Shown here piece by piece: positions 1 through 11,789 of a stretch of 64,000 nt of DNA. Each line of letters starts with the position of its first letter. The first letter of the stretch is position 1. The translations under genes were made by a program, and so were the position numbers. The notes beneath the pieces were generated by a model. It ran no database searches and was not told the DNA's origin. It worked only from the letters and a program-made list of their open reading frames with translations. Origin of the DNA: Octopus vulgaris (taxonomy: Eukaryota); the NCBI GenBank assembly GCA_951406725.2, contig OX597831.1, forward strand, positions 9,548,001 through 9,612,000, written 5' to 3'.

Positions 1-1064
1 CATATGCCAAATGATTCAGAAATCCTCGACAATGCATTTGGGAAATGATACACAATTGACAAAAACAGAAAATAAAAAGAGAAAGAATGAACAAAAGAAT
101 GAAATAAGTGATATTTTGAAAATTATTTCGCGATATTAACATATTTCGCGAAAAAAATAAGGCAAAAAGATAAACAAAGACAAGTTATCGAAGTGTGAAC
201 ATAATATAAGAATGTCTGCGACTGTTGGTTATTTCAGTGGGTCATCAATTGTGTTGGTTTTGCGTGAAAATCGAAGCTGAAAATTGTGTTTCACTCTCTA
301 CTTATGTCGGTATTTAGAAATCATATTTCTGAAAAGAGAAAAATGTGTGTAAGGAATTCTTTTCCATATTGGTTGGTCGGGGGGGAGGTGAATGTATGGA
401 GCACTCTTACGATTGAAACTGCGCAATCGAGACACACTTATTTTAGATGGTTTTCATCCAATGAGGCGCGAATCGAGAGGTGTTATTTGATAACATTATG
501 ACAATGCAAAAATGTTCATTTGTGAAGATATCGCCTGGACTTTTGTGCCACGAAGCACATGCAAGATGAGGTTAGAAGAAGAGAGAGAGAGAGAGGAAGA
601 TAGAGAGAAAGAGGAGAAATAAGAAAACGCACACATGTATATGTAATGCGTATATGTGTATTTGTGTGTGTGTATGTGAATATGGTTATATCCATCAATG
701 TACGTATTATACATATATAAATTGATATATGCATTCATATATACATACATGATATTTGTCACCTATACTTACATATATACACAATGCCCACGCCCTATGC
801 GCAGAGACACCTCCGCGCGCGCGTGCACACATGCGCACGCATATATATGCATATCAATCCTCGGGTCACGGCTCCGCTGCGACAGAACTATTTCCCCTTA
901 GCTGCCCCCTCTATTTTGAACTTCATGCTTGGAGGCGTAAGAGAAGAGAAGTACCTCATGACATTCAAGCGGTTCCCTGGCGAATATCCCCAGCAAAATT
1001 CCAGATAAACCACCTACACCCGGATATATCTCTGGAAACAATAAATCTTTATTCGAACGGACTC

Positions 1065-1297
1065 CGAGCTGGCAGAAACGTTAGCACGCCGGGCGAAATG
1101 CTTAGCAGTATTTCGTCTGCCGTTACGTTCTGAGTTCAAATTCCGCCGAGATCGACTTTGCCTTTCATCCTTTCGGGGTCGATAAGTTAAGTACCAGTTA
1201 CGCACTGGGGTCGATATAATCGACTTAATCCCTTTGTCTATCCTTATTTGTCTTCTCTGTGTTTAGCCTCTTGTGAGTAGTAAAGAAATAGGTATTT
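1065..1297 (+). mobile_element. tRNA-like SINE, family A (head GAGCTGGCAGAAACGTTAGCACGCCGGGCG)
   Basis: A-box-like TGGCAGAAACG and B-box GTTCAAATTCC; body CCTTTCGGGGTCGATAA...GTACCAG...CTGGGGTCGAT recurs many times in the window. Confidence 0.85.
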
Positions 1298-1789
1298 AAA
1301 GAATGACTGTAATATGAAGTGTCATTAAATGTCTTTTCCAGGTAGGGATATTTAGTTAGACATGAACTGGACCAATTCAGGCCTAAACCTTTCTAGAAAC
1401 AAAGAGAGTACGACGTTTCGATATAAAAAATCCCCATAGATAAGCCAATTTCAGGGTTTTTTGTTAATATATATATATATGCCTAAGTGGAAAATATTCC
1501 ATCGATTCAAAAAGAGTTTGAGGACTGCGAATCTATCATAAGTCCATGACAATCGATATGGATTTTATATCTTTAGCACATGTGTAATTATAGTGTTGTA
1601 TTGAAAAGAAACAGATTTCACGTTTAGAAAAGAACCCTGTCTGGAGCAGGGCAACCATCGACGAAAATAAGACGAAGTGACGAACGGGATTGGGGTTGGC
1701 AAATATTTAAGAGGAAGGACAAAATATGAGGGAGGAATATCATCTGCATATAACACAAAAAAAAGCATTGGGATTAACAGTAATACTAT

Positions 1790-1910
1790 TTATCCTTTCT
1801 ACTAAAGGCACAAGGCCTGAAATTTCAGGGGAGGGAGATAGTCGATTACAGAGACTGAAGTACTTAACTAGCACTTATTATATCAGTTGACCCCGGCGGA
1901 ATTTCCACTC
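1790..1910 (-). mobile_element. Degenerate SINE family A fragment
   Basis: ggcacaaggcctgaaattt...gtcgattaca...cggcggaattt matches the reverse complement of 46800-47006. Confidence 0.6.
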
Positions 1911-1920
1911 ACAACGAAAC

Positions 1921-1921
1921 C

Positions 1922-1981
<60 letters not shown>

Positions 1982-2021
1982 TTTAATAATTTTAATAATT
2001 TTAATAATAATAATAATAATT

Positions 2022-2101
<80 letters not shown>

Positions 2102-2104
2102 TTT
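1921..2104. repeat. (AAT)n microsatellite with TTTT interruptions
   Basis: Direct reading; source of the poly-I/poly-L ORFs. Confidence 0.95.
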
Positions 2105-2230
2105 AAATTTTGGCACACGGCCAAAAATATCAGCGAAAAAGGTAAATTGACTACGTCGACCCCAGGACCTAGTTGGAACTTCCATTTTATCGACGTCAAA
2201 AGGTCGAAAGTCACAGTCAAGCTCGGAGGA
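2105..2230 (-). mobile_element. Degenerate SINE family A fragment
   Basis: ggcacacggcc...gtcgaccccagg...ttttatcgac...gctcggagga resembles other family A copies. Confidence 0.6.
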
Positions 2231-2282
2231 ATAATAATAATAATAATAATAATAATATCTTCCTTATATCTCCCGGGTGGGA

Positions 2283-2456
2283 GATGGGCTGAATCCTGGA
2301 AGTACTGCTATACCAGGCCAACCCGTGGCAAAGGCGGAGCAAGCCCCTAACTCTTCGCCTCGTTCTAAAAATCAGTTTAATATCGATAGTCCCAAATAGG
2401 GACCATATCAGATATTAAGCTGATAAGAACAGATACTACACTTTGATCTTAGCCAA
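2283..2456 (-). pseudogene. U2: U2 snRNA copy, 5'-truncated (starts at about U2 nt 17) with complete 3' part
   Basis: Reverse complement reads TTGGCTAAGATCAAAGTGTAGTATCTGTTCTTATCAGCTTAATATCTGATA (branch-point recognition GUAGUA, stem IIa), stem IIb TGGTCCC/GGGACTA, Sm-like GATTTTTAG, SL III ...TAGGGGCTTGCTCC..., SL IV CCTGGTATAGCAGTACTTCCAGG. Confidence 0.93.
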
Positions 2457-2464
2457 CAATAATA

Positions 2465-2732
2465 TCATCCGTAAAATGTCCTTATACAGGGGCTTCTTAA
2501 GCGAGATTGGCTACTCGACCTGAAGAAAATTCTGACTGGGTCTACCTGCAGGGTCATACGGTATTTACCTTGGTATGGCATCTCCACGTCGCACACATGG
2601 TTGTGATGCATATGACTGCATCACACTTATGAAATGAGTAGTCTTGATGGGTATATCGGGCTGCGTTTGTTTGCACCCTTGTTGCAACTGGACGGTGTGT
2701 GCTGCTTTCTCATTCGTTAACAATAATAATAA
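2465..2732 (+). mobile_element. Dispersed retroposon-like repeat, family D, with short (AAT)n tail
   Basis: Collinear diverged match to the reverse complement of 46462-46740 (ggctactcgacctgaagaaaattct, atggttgtgatgcat, gatgggtata). Confidence 0.75.
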
Positions 2733-3962
2733 CTAGCGGGACTCGTAAATATTTCACGGAATTAATGGTAAACATATTGGGTTATATCAGAAAACTTTAT
2801 CCAAATCACCGGAAAGTGTAAGCCTGTGTTGTGTCGTCTATATGGAAAAGAGTCGCTCTTCTGCTATTTATGAAAAGTAAAAGAAACTGGAATATAACGA
2901 TACCTTAATGCGCTTTATATATACACTTTATATACTTTTATGGTCCCTGGAACAGGGGGTGCAGGTGGTGCAAGTGTACTCCCTAGAATTTTTGTGGAAT
3001 GCAGAACCAAAAGTTGCAGCCCTACTTATTTTCCTCGGGTTTAGAAAACGGTAAATAAAAAGTGACGTGTAAAAAGTAGCTTGAAGTTAGGTTCCTTGTC
3101 AAAGAACAAAACACAAAAATAACAAAAAAAAGAAGACCTTGTTTGTAAATATTTTTGGGCCTGGGTTTGTACCCTCAAAGCAAATTTCATTCCCGAGCCA
3201 GTGTATACTTTATGCACAATTTTAAAGACTTAATACACATTCATTCTTATATATACATATTCTTTCTTATTTTTCCATTTCCCCCATAATGAACAAAAAA
3301 CTGTATATACCTGTCACGTAGATAAACAGCAATATTTCACGGAATTGCATTTATGCGCATGCGTTAAGGGATAGGTAATATAAAAAGAATTTAGTGGATT
3401 TTGAGAAATACACTTTTCACTATCCAATCACCACCACCACCACCACCACCACCACCACCATCATCATAATATATCTCCCCCTCACTCTCCCTGCCTATCT
3501 ATCTTCCTCCCTCTCTCTCTCTCTCCCTGCCTATCTATTTTCTCCCTCTCTCTCCCTCATCTCTCCGTCCTTCTCCCTCTCTCTCTTTCTCTCTCAGCCT
3601 TTTCTTTAACCTCACCATCAGAACATCACCTCTCTGCCAAAATTATACTTTTACCTCTCCTCCTCTACCTTGATCTAACATTTCTAACCACGTAATAAAT
3701 ATCACATTCCCCCTACCTCACATCATCGACGCTTCTCTCTTACTCTTTTTCTCTCTTACCCTTTTCTTTCTCCCTCTTTCTCCCTCACTCTTCGACTTAT
3801 CCTCTTTTTTCTCTCTTTTCTTTCTCTTTCTCCTCAACTAATCACGCGGAAGCGTTACAATTACACTCCCCCTACCTCACGTCATCGACGCTTCTCTCTT
3901 ACTCTTTCTATCTCTCCCTCTTTTCTTTCTCCCTTTTTTTTCTCGAACCAATTATTATAAGA
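2733..3962 (-). mobile_element. Non-autonomous Helitron-like element
   Basis: On the minus strand: A|TCTTATAATAA start, CGTGAA-ATA-TTTACG hairpin just before CTAG|T end, no TSD; internal CT-rich direct repeats (3684-3780, 3838-3940); terminus shared with 49644-50724. Confidence 0.7.
2939..3203. mobile_element. hAT-type MITE nested in the Helitron
   Basis: 8-bp TSD TATACTTT at 2931-2938 and 3204-3211; imperfect TIRs tggtccctggaa / ttcccgagcca. Confidence 0.7.
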
Positions 3963-3964
3963 TT

Positions 3965-4102
3965 ATTTCGGCTATAGGAACGAGGCCTGGAATTTCGGGC
4001 CACAGAGTAAGTCGACTCTATTGACCCCACTGCTATTTACTACTGTTTATCTTATCGAGTCCGAAAGGATGAATTGCAAAATTGATCTCGGCGGAATTTG
4101 AA

Positions 4103-4103
<1 letters not shown>
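3965..4103 (-). mobile_element. SINE family A fragment
   Basis: aggcctggaattt...ccgaaaggatgaa...gatctcggcggaatttgaa. Confidence 0.7.
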
Positions 4104-4147
<44 letters not shown>

Positions 4148-4148
4148 C

Positions 4149-4204
<56 letters not shown>

Positions 4205-4602
4205 TGATGATGATGATAATAAAAATAATAAGGATTATGAGGAAAGTTCTGAGCACTTGAGAGACTTTTTAAAACTTGTGAATACCTAAGGTTACACATA
4301 TCAACCCACTATCCACATAATTCCTACCAGGAAGAAGACCGAAGCTGAGTCAAACTATAACAACAACTACTACAACAACAACAGTAGTAATAATGTTAAA
4401 ATCAAAAAAGAATTTTTAGAAATAATGAAAACAATATTCTTGAAATAATAATGAATTACGAAACATCTTAGCATAAATATTCTATGTTGAATTTTTATCT
4501 CTTTCAAACCATAATAAAACATAATGTAGATGCCTTTGGAATAAAACCATGAGCAACCATCGAGAAAAAAATACAATTGTCTTAATAATGTGTTTGAAAC
4601 AT

Positions 4603-4763
4603 AGGCAGGAGTGGCTGTGTGGTATGTAGCTTGCTAACCAACCACATGGTTCCGGGTTCAGTCCCACTGCGTGGCACCTTGGGCAAGTGTCTTCTGCTAT
4701 AGCCTCGGGCCGACCAATGCCTTATGAGTGGATTTGGTAGACGGAAACTGAAAGAAGCCCGTC

Positions 4764-4833
<70 letters not shown>

Positions 4834-5058
4834 ATGTTTGTGTGTCTGTGTTTGTCCCCCTAGCATTGCTTGGCAACCGATGCTGGTGTGTCTACGTCCC
4901 CGTCACTTAGCGGTTCGGCAAAAGAGACCGATAGAATAAGTACTGGGCTTACAAAGAATAAGTCCCGGGGTCGATTTGCTCGACTAAAAGGCGGTGCTCC
5001 AGCATGGCCGCAGTCAAATGACTGAAACAAGTAAAAGAGTAAAAGAGTAAAAGAGTAA
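4603..5058 (+). mobile_element. Full-length tRNA-derived SINE, family B, with internal (TA)n/(TG)n and (GTAAAAGA)n tail
   Basis: A-box TGGCTGTGTGG, B-box GGTTCAGTCCC, CCTTGGGCAAGTG central block, 3' GCTCCAGCATGGCCGCAGTC...GACTGAAACAAG; about ten relatives in the window. Confidence 0.9.
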
Positions 5059-5527
5059 TTCCGGTTGTCTCCATCCACACATATTGTCATACATAGCCAC
5101 ACACACACATATACACAAAAGATTACACACACACACATTCAGACAAATACACACGCCCACACAAACATGTAGAAACAAAAACGTATATTTCTAAACATAA
5201 AAACACATAGACCCCCACCGCACAATATCAGTCGTAGAAAACAACTGTCTCCCCTACATAGACACGCGCGCGCTCGTGTGTGTGTGTGTGTGTGTGTAGA
5301 CGCTCGAACAAACATGGACAGATATATAAAAACAAGGATTTTTATGGCTCTTCAATTCCCTTTCCAAAGTCACACTTTCCAGCAGTTTTTGTTTGTTTGT
5401 TTCTTCATAAGAGTGCAAAAAAGTTTCCATGCACACACAAACACACACATACACAAACTCACGCACACACATAAATACACACGCACATATACTCCCTCCC
5501 TCTCTCTCTCTCTCTTACACACACACG

Positions 5528-5558
<31 letters not shown>

Positions 5559-5605
5559 GTATGTATGCATATATATTCATAGGTGTATATATATATACGT
5601 GTGTA

Positions 5606-5640
<35 letters not shown>

Positions 5641-6309
5641 TTTACAAGTATCTATCTTCTATTTATGTGTATTTCAATATATTCGTATATAAATACACAT
5701 ATACGTCCACACATGTACACACACAAATATACACAAGCACTCGCACACACACACACATATATATATGCATGTGTGAGCATCTATCTATATATATGTATAT
5801 GTATATGTACATGACAACACACATCTGTGCATATTTGTGTGTGTGTGCATATTTTGTGCGTTGCCTGTGTCTCGTCTACAGACAGAGATTTGTATATATA
5901 TATATTATATATATGTGCACGTATGCTTGTGTGCAAGTGTGTGTACTTGTATATACACCTATGCGTATTCTGTGGGTGTGTCTGTGTTTGTGAGTACGAG
6001 TGCAAAGTGTCTCTGTGCTTCTCTTCTCTATTTTGTTTTCTGTTTTGTCATAGTGATTCGCCATCCCCCGACACTTGCTGTAATTTGTATCATTCATCTT
6101 CGCCTGTGAATGATTCCTCGTTGAAAACTCAGTCTTCGGGATTGCAAGGAACCTACAGCTGTTATTTGCAATATTCTTCTGCTCCGTAAATGCCGTAACT
6201 GCGAAAGGGCTTCGAAATTATTGTCCCTGGTGTGTTATTATGGTTGGAATCATCTGTTACAGAAATCTGTTGCGATTATTTTAAGCAGCAGTAATTTTCA
6301 AGCGATGGC

Positions 6310-6610
6310 GATAACGAAAACGACGATGCCGTTGATGATGAGGTGAGGAGGAGGAAGAGGAGATGGAGGAGGAGGACGAGGAAGATCACTATGTGAATGA
6401 TAACAACGACGATGCTGTTGCTGCTAATGACAATGATGATGATGGAGGGGAGGAGAAAGTGGATGATGATCGTGATTATGATGGTAACGACACCGTGTGT
6501 CACCGCCGACGAAGACGACGATGTCGATGTCAACGACGATGACGATAATGATGATGATGATGACGATGATGACGATGATGATGATGATGACGATGATGAA
6601 GACGACGGCA
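6310..6610. repeat. Degenerate (GAT/GAC/GAG)n microsatellite
   Basis: Direct reading. Confidence 0.9.
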
Positions 6611-6756
6611 TTGGCGTAATGTTGAGATAAAAAACAAAGAAACATGACAGAAGAGTCTTAATAGAATGGCAATGTTACGATTTCAATTGGAATGTCATTT
6701 AACATTGTCAATATTTTACTCTTTCTCTTACAATTGCTATCACTGAATTGCTCTGT

Positions 6757-6802
6757 ATCATCATCATCATCATCATCCTCGTCATCATCATCATCATAAT
6801 CA

Positions 6803-6875
<73 letters not shown>

Positions 6876-7100
6876 TGTTATTGTTGTTGTTGTTGTTGTT
6901 ATTATCCTTTTTGTTATTATTATTATTATTATCATTATCATCATCATCATCATCATCATTATCATCATCATTATTTTTATTATAATTATTACTATTATTA
7001 TTATTATTATCATCATCATCATTATTATTATTATTATTATCATTATTATTATTATTATTTTTCTTCTTCTTATTATTTTTATTATTATTATTATTATTAA

Positions 7101-7169
<69 letters not shown>

Positions 7170-7242
7170 CATCATCATCATCATCATTATCATCATCATT
7201 ATTTTTATTATTATTATTATTTTTATTATTATTATTATTATT

Positions 7243-7277
<35 letters not shown>

Positions 7278-7333
7278 TATTATTATCATTATTATTGTTA
7301 TTATTGTTGTTGTTATTATTATTATTATTATTA

Positions 7334-7364
<31 letters not shown>

Positions 7365-7470
7365 CATTATTATTATTATTTTTATTATTATTAATACTAT
7401 TATCATTATGATGATTATTATTATCATCATCATCATCATCATCATTATTATTATTATTATTATTATTATT
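6757..7470. repeat. Compound (CAT)n/(ATT)n/(GTT)n microsatellite of about 700 bp
   Basis: Direct reading; explains the 367, 278 and 255 aa low-complexity ORFs. Confidence 0.95.
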
Positions 7471-8197
7471 TGTCTTTTTTTGCCGAGGAAAACAAAAAAA
7501 CGAAAAACTATGTAAAATATGGAGGGAACGGTTATATGCTGCATAGAGCAGCGTCGTAACTTGCGCTGTCGTTTTCCACAGCGTTAAATTATTAGCGCTT
7601 GAAATATATATATTTTTTCGTTTATAAAAACCAATGATGGTTCGTGAGTATTTATCGCGTTGCATGTGTATGCGGCCGCGCGCGCTTGTGTGTGTATGTT
7701 TCAGTATGTAAGTATTATGTGCGTCTGCAGGAGGGTTTAAGTATGTGTTTGTTTTTAGCATTCAGAAATGTCTTCATCGTTTATTACTTTTTGTTATCGA
7801 GCAAAAAAGAAGATATGTCAACGAGTTAATGGGATATACATGTGTGCGTATGTACATATATACGCTTGTGTGTGTGTATGTATGTATATACAAGGACACC
7901 CACGTTCTCACACAGGCATACATACATACATACATACATACATACAAAAATTATATATATATATATATATACTTATATTTATGAATCCTTAAGCAGGCGT
8001 AAATATGTGTGTGTTTGTGTGTCAGTGTATATGTGTATACATACACGGAGAAGGAGGGATATGGAGAGAGAGAGAGAAAGAGAGAGAGAGTGAGTGAGAG
8101 ACAGGGTGATAGACAAAGGAAGTAGGTTAGTTAGACAGATAAATAGACAGACAGATACAAAGAGAGAGAGAGAAAGAGATGGAAAGATAGGTGGATG

Positions 8198-8261
<64 letters not shown>

Positions 8262-8279
8262 TTGATACATAGATAGAGT

Positions 8280-8325
<46 letters not shown>

Positions 8326-8543
8326 GAGATAGATAGATAGATATGCAGTTATATAGATAAATGTTTCTTTAAATGAGAATCTGTACCACATATTCTGAAA
8401 GTGTGAATTATTTAAAACATATGTATATACGTAAATACACAATGCGCATACACACACAGATAAGTATGTATATGCATGCGTACATATACATGCATATATA
8501 TATAAATACACATACAGGTATATACATATATATATGTGTGTGT

Positions 8544-8610
<67 letters not shown>

Positions 8611-9340
8611 CATATATTTACACACATATATATACATACATGCATGTATTCATACATACATAAATACATACATACATACATGTAGGTGCAATTTGTATAG
8701 GGAGTAGGAATGGAAGGCAATTATTAAAATAATAAGAAAAATATTACAAGAAAATTGATTTAATAGAAACAGGAGTGGTGATATAAAAGATATCCAGGGT
8801 TTTTGAATGGGTTGAGAAATAACTGATAGAAAACGGGGAACTTTATGTTGGAAGAGGATATATATTGTTGACATTCATGGAGATAAAAAAGGAGCGAGAA
8901 TCGTGAGGAGAAACAGAAGAGTGAGAAAGAAAAGGAGAGATAGAGAGAGATAAATAGAGAGAGGGGGAGAGGGGGAGAGATCGAATGAGAGAGAGAGAGG
9001 GAGAGTGACTGTATGTAGCTGATATTGAGAACCTACCAAGAAAATGATGGCGCAATATGAAATGACATTTGCTGAAGATGAAATATTGAAATAGGAAAGA
9101 GATTAAGGATGTGCCTGTGTAAGTTTGGGTACATTCATGCACACACACCTCCCCCCACATATACACACGTACACACATACATTGTATGTATGTATGTATG
9201 TATGTGTGTATGTATATATGTATGTATCTATCTATCTATATATGTATTTATATAATTAAGAATAAGATCGATATTTAAATAGCGATATTATCAGGTGGCC
9301 AGCATGGGAATAAAAACCTGCAAAGGCAATAATTATTTGG

Positions 9341-9507
9341 AATTATAATTTAGGGTATCTAAGAGATACCACCACGTTGAAAATGGCAGTCAAAACGATT
9401 CTAAAACCACATAAAATATTCATAATGTTCAAATAAACATTTAATGTGGTTTTAGAGTCAAATTTCGCCTGCGTGGTAGTATCTCTTACATACCCTAAAT
9501 CATAATT
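9341..9507. repeat. Imperfect long inverted repeat (fold-back)
   Basis: Outer arms 9341-9376 and 9472-9507, and inner arms 9397-9423 and 9433-9459, are near reverse complements. Confidence 0.85.
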
Positions 9508-9563
9508 ATACACACACACACACATATATATATAAGTATCTATATACATATACACCTATATAT

Positions 9564-9873
9564 CACGTGGTAACGTGACCGACCAGGGGTATCAGATGTT
9601 GCTACACATCGCTGGTCACAATGCGTTCGCATTGTTTTAGCCTTCGAATGACGCCACCCCGCTGGCTAAGCGAGCAGGCCAACAGAAGAAAGAGTGAGAG
9701 AAAGTTGTGGTGAAGGAGTACAGCAGGGATCGCCATCACCCCCTGTCAGACCATCGTGGGGCTTTTAGGTGTTTTCGCTCAATAAACACACACAACGCCC
9801 GGTGTGGGAATCGAAACCGCGATCCTAGGACCGCGAGTCCGCTGCCTTAACCAATGGGCCATTGCGCCTCCAC
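9564..9873 (-). mobile_element. tRNA-Arg(TCG)-like SINE, family C (resembles octopus OR-type SINEs), tail type 1
   Basis: Head GGAGGCGCAATGGCCCATTGGTTAAGGCAGCGGACTCGCGG...GGTTTCGATTCCC shared with 28304; imperfect 13-bp TSD tacacctatatat/tacatctatatat. Confidence 0.88.
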
Positions 9874-9914
9874 TACATCTATATATACGTAGATATATAT
9901 ATATATATAGATAG

Positions 9915-10880
9915 ATAAGAAAAATTAACCTTAAAATAGAAACAGACATTTTTTACAAAGCCACAGACGCCAAACAATACCTTCTTTTTAATTCATGCCA
10001 CCCAAGACACACTAAAACAAACATCCCGTTCAACCTTGCAAGAAGGATATGCACAATAGTGTCAGAAAAAAATACCAGGAACTTTAGACTGCAAGAACTC
10101 AAAAACACCCTAATTGACAGACATTACCCAGCTCAACTCATAGAGGATGGGATCAGACGTGCAACAGAAATCAACATAGAAACTTTAAGAAAAGTTCAAC
10201 ACAACAACACACCTTCCCCGAAAATACTACCTTACATACCTACATACAACCCCAGAAACAAAGAAGCCTTCACCATCATCACCCAGAATTTACCAATACT
10301 TCATAAGGACCCCAAATTAAAGGAAATTCTAAACATACACCAAATCATTAAAAGCTACAAACAACCCAAATCACTTAAAAAGATTCTCACAAAGGCAAAA
10401 TTGTCTTCTGAAATTACGGATGCAAAAGTAAAAAAATGTGGTAGATCGAACTATGCAACATGTCCAAACCTGCTAGAAGGATCAGAATTCCTCTTTAAAG
10501 AGGGACAGAAATTCAAGATCAAATCTAACTTTACTTGTGCCTCTGAAAACATAATTTATGTCATAAAATGCTCGGGCTGCCACCAAGACTACGTGGGATC
10601 CACGGGACTATCACACAGACGTAGATGCACACTGCATCGACAACAGATTGCATTCCCAGAATACAGAATGATACCTTTTAGTGAGCACATTGAGAAATGC
10701 GCAAAGCAACTACTACCACAATGTTTAATCTTTCCATTTTACCATTGTGCTATCGGATTATCAACACAAATTAGACTAAACAAGGAAACATTCTTCATTG
10801 AAAAGTACAAGCCCAGACTTAACCATCCCAACATACTGATACAGAGAAATTCACACCAAGGGAAAGGAAAACATTTTTAA
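9915..10880 (+). pseudogene. PLE ORF C-terminal portion: RT thumb/linker plus GIY-YIG endonuclease
   Basis: The frame is open upstream of the listed GTG: TDIFYKATDAKQYLLFNSCHPRHTKTNIPF (PLE thumb); later F.IK.NFTC.SENIIYVIKCSGCHQDYVGSTG...R...H...KETFFI...PRLN (GIY-YIG with CxxC); RT catalytic core absent. Confidence 0.92.
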
Positions 10881-10989
10881 GCGATTATCTCCCTTACACC
10901 GGAAGAAATCACTCAGTACCTCCCCTTATTTAGAACTCTTTTGAACATAAACACAAGGATAACTCTAATCAACATAAACATAACGTCGT

Positions 10990-11028
10990 AAGAAATTTGA
11001 AAAGCTAAATGCGAAACCGGTCTTTCTT
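10990..11028 (+). ncRNA. Degenerate minimal type I hammerhead motif in the PLE 3' repeat
   Basis: Stem I AAGAAA/TTTCTT, decayed core (t)TTGAAAA, stem II GC-taaat-GC, GAAA, palindromic stem III ACCGGT, GUC site. Confidence 0.6.
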
Positions 11029-11143
11029 CAAAACTATGTCCTTATAAGAGAAAACATTTTTTTAATATTCTTCAGACATATTGACGCAAATATATATTTT
11101 TTAACATTTAAGCCTTCTGTAGTTTTTTTCACTTTTTACTATT

Positions 11144-11202
<59 letters not shown>

Positions 11203-11541
11203 CAGATATATAAATAGATAGATCGATAGATAGGTAGATAGATATAGATAGATATATATATACAGATAGCTAGTTAGATAGATAGATAGATATAGATAGA
11301 TATAGATATACAGATAGCTAGTTAGATAGATAGATATGTAAAGGCAAGATCTAACGATCAAGATTTATAAAGTTAGTGAGCTTCAAGCAAATCTGTAGAT
11401 TCTCAGGAACGACAGTGATTTATTGACGCAGAAGGAGGTGAAGTTTTGCTGTATCGGAGTACGATAAGCTGAAACAAGTTAAATTTAAAGTTCCCAGTTA
11501 GCAACAGCAGTTGTGGTATATGCGAATAAACATCCCCAAAT

Positions 11542-11769
11542 CAGGGATTGGGGTACATAAAAATCCAGGCTACATATATTTCATTTCGATCGACATCCCA
11601 ACGAGTTAATACGAGATCTTCTAACGACAACATAAATTTCATACAATAAAGGTATCCTTGGCTTGAGGAATAGCTTGTAGTCTACCCTTCGTCTGGACAA
11701 TTTACTACATCCGAGATTCCGCTAGCCTTCATACATATGTATCCAGGATTTTATGAACTCCATTGCCTA
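11542..11769. mobile_element. Putative old MITE
   Basis: About 35-bp imperfect TIRs: ggggtacataaaaatccaggctacatat versus the reverse complement of atatgtatccaggattttatgaactcc. Confidence 0.55.
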
Positions 11770-11789
11770 ATTTTTGTAATATATAAATC

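Larger units (their letters stand above)
9915..11146 (+). mobile_element. 5'-truncated Penelope-like retroelement (PLE) flanked by (TA)n
   Basis: Contains the ORF below, followed by a 3' terminal region with a hammerhead-like motif; both flanks are TA microsatellite. Confidence 0.9.

Noticed and set aside
2251-2475. aataatatc(t/a)tcc(t/g)ta on both sides of U2 as a TSD; also a Utopia/Keno-type insertion into U2
   Set aside because: The right-hand word belongs to repeat family D. The break at about U2 nt 17 is not the site near nt 37-38 used by those elements, and no RT ORF adjoins
5278-6189. YI/CV/HT-rich ORFs here and throughout the window
   Set aside because: Products of (TA)n, (TG)n, (CA)n and (TATC)n repeats
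6658-7761. 367-aa poly-N/D ORF and overlapping poly-I/M ORFs
   Set aside because: Translation of a stop-free trinucleotide microsatellite; no domain content
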